A stretch of 64,000 nucleotides of DNA from Eledone cirrhosa (Eukaryota), in the NCBI GenBank assembly GCA_964016885.1, contig CAXHJY010001188.1, forward strand, positions 13,954-77,953, written 5' to 3'. The position numbers and the translations under genes are program-made. Numbering within the stretch: the stretch's first letter is position 1; each line of letters opens with the position of its first letter. Under the pieces are notes generated by a model. The model did not search any database and had not been told where the DNA came from. It was given only the letters and a program-made list of their open reading frames with translations. Of the stretch, positions 58,501-64,000 are shown piece after piece.

Positions 58501-59460
58501 CAACATCATCATCAGAACCATTACCAAGTATAACACCACCACCATTATTACCATCATCATCATCATCATCAACAGAACCATCACCAAGTATAACACCACC
58601 ACCATTACCATCATCATCATCATCAACAGAACCATCACCAAGTATAACACCACCACCATTACCATCATCATCATCATCAACAGAACCATCACCAAGTATA
58701 ACACCACCACCATTACCATCATCATCATCATCAACAGAACCATCACCAAGTATAACACCACCACCATTACCATCATCATCATCATCAACAGAACCATCAC
58801 CAAGTATAACACCACCACCATTACCATCATCATCATCATCAACAGAACCATCACCAAGTATAACACCACCACCATTACCATCATCATCATCATCAACAGA
58901 ACCATCACCAAGTATAACACCACCACCATTACCATCATCATCATCATCAACAGAACCATCACCAAGTATAACACCACCACCATTACCATCATCATCATCA
59001 TCAACAGAACCATCACCAAGTATAACACCACCACCATTACCATCATCATCATCATCAACAGAACCATTACCAAGTATAACACCACCACCATTACCATCAT
59101 CATCATCATCAACAGAGCCATTACCAAGTATAACACCACCACCATTACCATCATCATCATCATCAACAGAGCCATCACCAAGTATAACACCACCACCATT
59201 ACCATCATCATCACATCATCATCAACAGAGCCATCACCAAGTATAACACCACCACCATTACCATCATCATCATCATCATCAACAGAGCCATTACCAAGTA
59301 TAACACCACCACCATTACCATCATCATCATCATCATCATCAACAGAGCCATCACCAAGTATAACACCACCACCATTACCATCATCATCATCATCAACAGA
59401 ACCATCACCAAGTATAACACCACCATCATCATCATCATCATAACCATCACCAAGTATAAC
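54260..59460. repeat. 5.2-kb minisatellite, unit about 51-66 bp: aacaga(a/g)ccat(c/t)accaagtataacaccaccaccattacc(atc)n
   Basis: Roughly 90 units, with length varying through the (ATC)n tract. Confidence 0.96.
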
Positions 59461-61200
59461 GCCACCGCCATCAACAGTATCGCCACCACCACTGCCATCA
59501 AGTATCATCATCATCATCAACAACAGAACCACCACCACTGCCACCGCCATCAACAGTATTGCCACCACCATCACCACCATTATCATCATCATCAACAGAA
59601 CCACCACCATATCCGCCATCAACAGTATCGCCACCACCACCACCACCACATCCGCCATCAACAGTATCGCCACCACCACCACCACCACATCCGCCATCAA
59701 CAGTATCGCCCCACCACCACCACCACATCCGCCATCAACAGTATCGCCACCACCACCACCACCACCACATCCGCCATCAACAGTATCGCCACCACCACCA
59801 CCATTATCATCATCAACAGAACCATCATCACGTAGAACACCACCACCACCATCAACAGAGCCATCACAACCAAACCAGCAATATTATTACCCCACCCCAC
59901 CCCACCCCACCACCCACCACCACCACCATCAACAGTATTACCGCCACCACTCCCACCACCATTATCATCATCAACAGAACCAGCATCACGTACAACACCA
60001 CCACCACCACCACCACCATCTACATTATTACCCCCCCCCCCCCGACATCAATATTATCACCGCCACCACTTCCACCAACACGTACAACACCACCATCAGC
60101 ACTATCTACAGTATCACCATCACCATCACCACATACTACACCAACACGAACAGAAACATTATAATCATCATCATCATCACCAGGTACAACATAACTACCA
60201 CCATCATCAACATACCACCATCAGTACACCACATCACCACCACTACAACACACCACCACCACCACACTGCCAACATCACCACACCACCGCCATCACCACA
60301 CCACAATCACCATCACTACACGTAACTACACCACCACCACCATCAGTACACCACATCACCACCACTACAGCACACCACCACCACCGCCACCGCCATCACC
60401 ACACCACAATCACCATCACTACACGTAACTACACCACCACACCACCACCATCAGTACACCACATCACCACCACCATCACCACCATCACTACACTGCCAAC
60501 ATCACTACACCACCGCCATCACCACACCACAATCACCATCACTACACGTAACTACACCACCACACACCACCACCACCTCACCATCAACACCACATCACCA
60601 CCACCACTACACTACCACCACCATCAGTACACACATACTCACCACCACCATCACCACCATCACTACACTGCCAACATCACTACACGTAACTACACCACCA
60701 CACCACCACCACCATCAGTACACCACATCACCACCACCATCACTACACTACCACCACCACCACCACTACAGCACACCACCACCACCACACTGCCAACATC
60801 ACTACACCACCGCCATCACCATACCACAATCACCATCACTACACGTAACTACACCACCACACCACCACCACCATCAGTACACCACATCACCACCACCACC
60901 ATCAGTACACCACATCACCACCACTACAGCACACCACCACCACCACACTGCCAACATCACTACACCACCGCCATCACCACACCACAATCACCATCACTAC
61001 ACGTAACTACACCACCACACCACCACCACCACACTGCACCACCGCCATCACCACACCACAATCACCATCACTACACGTAACTACACCACCACACCACCAC
61101 CATCAGTACACCACACCACCACCACCATCACCACCATCACTACACTACCACCACCATACCACACCACACCACCACAGCACCACCACAACCATCTCCCCAC
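59460..61200. repeat. (CCA)-rich compound minisatellite with recurring actacacgtaactacacc and atcagtacaccacatc modules
   Basis: Seen directly in the sequence. Confidence 0.9.
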
Positions 61201-61577
61201 CAATCTGAGAATGTTCTTTGTAAAAGCCATTCTTTCTGATAATTTAAGAGTAAATCTTATGGAATTTGGTTTTTGAAGGAAGACGGAAATATTTAGTCTA
61301 ATCTCTTGTGAATATTATCTTGGTCTTTGAAGGCTGATATCTGGAGGTATGTAGGCACGTGGCTTAGTGGTTACGGGTGGTGGTGGGTTCAGTTCACGAT
61401 CGTAAGGTCGTCAGTTCGATTCACGGCTGTGCAGTTGATAAAGCTGGAGCATCACCCCTTACTATATACCCAGTCATCACCTACAAATGTGTCTATATAT
61501 CCAGTCCACATCTGCACACGGTCTCTCTCTCTCTCTCTCTGTATATGTATATATATATATATATTATTATTATTATT

Positions 61578-61766
61578 CGGTGAATTGGCAGTATCGGTAG
61601 AGGGTTGGACGCCATCCTTTCTAGCATAGTTACGTCCCTTTACAGTCTGAGTTCAAATCCCGCCGAGGTCAACTTTGCCTTTCATCCTTACGGGGGTCGG
61701 TAAAATAAAGTACCAGTAATGTACTGGGTAATTGCTGGCCTTGTGCCTAAAGTAGAAACAATTATT
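61578..61766 (+). mobile_element. Near full-length tRNA-derived SINE (short-3' subfamily)
   Basis: GGTGAATTGGCAGTATCGG A-box region, GAGTTCAAATCC B-box, core, and AGTAGAAACAATTATT end. Confidence 0.88.
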
Positions 61767-61911
61767 ATATATAATATAATCACGCTTTATATGAAAAAGA
61801 GGAAAGAAAGTTCGACATGTCGAGCTTAAGCCCTTCTTCGGGAGTACTAAATAAAGACAGGTTCACAAAGGAGAAACAAATAAAGGAGGTCCAAGTAATA
61901 TAAGTATAAAC

Positions 61912-61943
<32 letters not shown>

Positions 61944-62312
61944 ATGCTCTAAACTGAAGTTTATTGAGGTTTGTACCGAGAAATATAGACACTATACTAC
62001 CCACTTTTGCATTGTTGATAAAGCTGGAGCATCATCCCCTAATCTAGCAACTATGCTAGTATGAATGTCCTTGAGGGTTAAACTCTTTTTCTGCAGATAC
62101 TTCAAAAGACCACAATGCCAAATTTTGTCCATTTTCAAGAGAAGTCGCTACTAGTTACATTTGAAGTCTTATTTGAACAGTCAAATGTCAGTTTACCTTT
62201 AAAAAAACAATGCAGTTATTAACACGAAGAGGCGAAATTAATGTATGTAAGATTTCACAGCCCTAGCATAACTCCTTCAGAAATTTTCAGCCCAATCTGC
62301 GGAATATATATA

Positions 62313-62365
62313 TGTCTGACGATCCTGCGACAAACTGGCGAAACCCAAGACTAACAAGACTCACA
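62313..62365 (+). ncRNA. Degenerate hammerhead-like motif of the 14171 family
   Basis: TGT-CTGACGA-TCC...GGC-GAAAC-CCAAGACTA-ACA, where TGT/ACA can form stem I. Confidence 0.4.
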
Positions 62366-62395
62366 TTTTAGCCTCAATGTAAATGAATGAATGAA

Positions 62396-62434
<39 letters not shown>

Positions 62435-62635
62435 AGGAAAATGCGAAGTTGAAGTTATTAGGGTCCTGTATTAATTGAGCCGTTATACATATTTCAATGA
62501 CGGCAGATATCGTGATTTCTTCAAACAGCAAAAATTGATTAAAAGGTAACATTTCCGAGGCAATTTTGGGGGGAAGGGAGCGGACTAAAAAAATGTGTAT
62601 GTTTTTGCTTTGAGTTCCCATCCTTGTATACCGAA

Positions 62636-62717
<82 letters not shown>

Positions 62718-62909
62718 TAGTTTTTCGTTGTTTTGGTATTGCATGGTTGGTTTTTGCCTGGCGCAATTTTCAATTTGTCAAGCTATCTAAACCTAATGTT
62801 ATTACTCTAAGGACCTACCCTTATTGAGTGCTTTGCTACTCATTCCTAATTGTTGTAGGTCGACTTTGCTTGGCCGCAACCAAAGCTTCGATTTTACTAA
62901 GCTTCCACT

Positions 62910-62955
<46 letters not shown>

Positions 62956-63257
62956 TATGTATGTAGATATATATATATATATATGTATGTAGAGGTTATA
63001 TTTAATTTGTTGGGATACAACAAGGTAAATATTTTTATAACTGATATAAAGCACTCAACAAATTATTGGAGTAAATATACAATATCCAGGAGATTCCAAC
63101 CAGAACGGTTGCATTTTTTAAGGGTATGTCAATATTTATTTATAAAACTAACCTATATTATATTTTATCTGATGAAAGCGCACTATAGTTTACTCTGGTG
63201 GCCCTTGAAATATGTATAATGAAATAAATAAGGTTTTATAAATATAGTTTCCATTTG

Positions 63258-63294
<37 letters not shown>

Positions 63295-63542
63295 CACATC
63301 TACATCACTAGACCAGTGGTTTCCAAACTTCCTTTTATTCACGCCGGTGTAGTGATGTAGTGTTGTTCAATACCATCGCCATCATCATCATCATCATCCC
63401 TATTATCACTACCATCATATCATCATCATCACCATTATCAACCCCACCATCATCGTTATCGTCATTATCACCATTACCACTACCATCGTTATCAAACTCA
63501 TCTTCATTATTTCCTGTTTGTCTTTCCATCACCACCACGGAC

Positions 63543-63611
<69 letters not shown>

Positions 63612-64000
63612 GAGGATTCTATGACAACATACGCTTTTAATGTCCATTGCTTCCGAACGCACGAAATCAATTGATGCTGACGGCAATCATCTTCTGCCTG
63701 ATCGAAGAAGCTTGTCCACACACCACACTGCACCACACCACACCACACTACACCTTCTATCCAAGCCGCCGCCACCCCACAATATTCCACAGTTATTTAC
63801 GTAAACAAACATTTAAAAAAATCAAAACAACGCAACCAACAACAACAAAAAAACAACAACAGTAACACCACCACCAAAAAACAGCACAACACCACCACCA
63901 AAAAACAGCACAACACCACCAACAACAGCACGATAACAATAGCACAACAACGCCAACAACACAACACTACCAACAATAACACCAACAACACCAATAACAA

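Noticed and set aside
54000-59246. 1748-aa ORF and antisense 984-aa and 888-aa ORFs
   Set aside because: Translation of a stop-free triplet minisatellite. It starts at GTG, changes peptide character at a frameshift, and has no domain.
63314-63335. CAGTGGTTTCCAAACTT, a hAT/Charlie-like terminus
   Set aside because: No partner TIR or TSD was found in the window.

Overview
Eukaryotic, extremely repeat-rich and almost gene-free DNA. It is most likely from an octopus: I recognise the dominant tRNA-derived SINE from memory as the abundant Octopus family, without any database check. Much of the window is microsatellite ((TA)n, (CA)n, (GA)n, (GGT)n, (ATC)n) or minisatellite, so nearly all ORFs in the track, including the 1748-aa, 1317-aa and 786-aa ones, are translation artefacts. 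The islands between the simple repeats hold: more than 15 SINE copies; two SINE-derived tandem arrays (a near-perfect 182-bp array of about 9.8 units and a 77-bp SINE-core array); decayed LINE fragments (CRE-like, RTE-like, and a 3' end embedded in (GATA)n); a pogo/Tigger-like MITE; and one plausible spliced exon (27154-27437). Two signals stand out. (1) A series of fold-back palindromes inside (TA)n tracts carry minimal type I hammerhead-ribozyme motifs of the Penelope-like-element kind, often on both strands and repeatedly with a pyrimidine-pyrimidine pair at positions 10.1/11.1. The most complete pair is at 46433-46490 (-) and 46765-46822 (+). (2) A divergent 28S rDNA fragment starts exactly at the TTAA of the R2/Pokey/group-I-intron hotspot and sits inside the 77-bp SINE-core array. 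All structures were read by eye, and none is shown to be functional.
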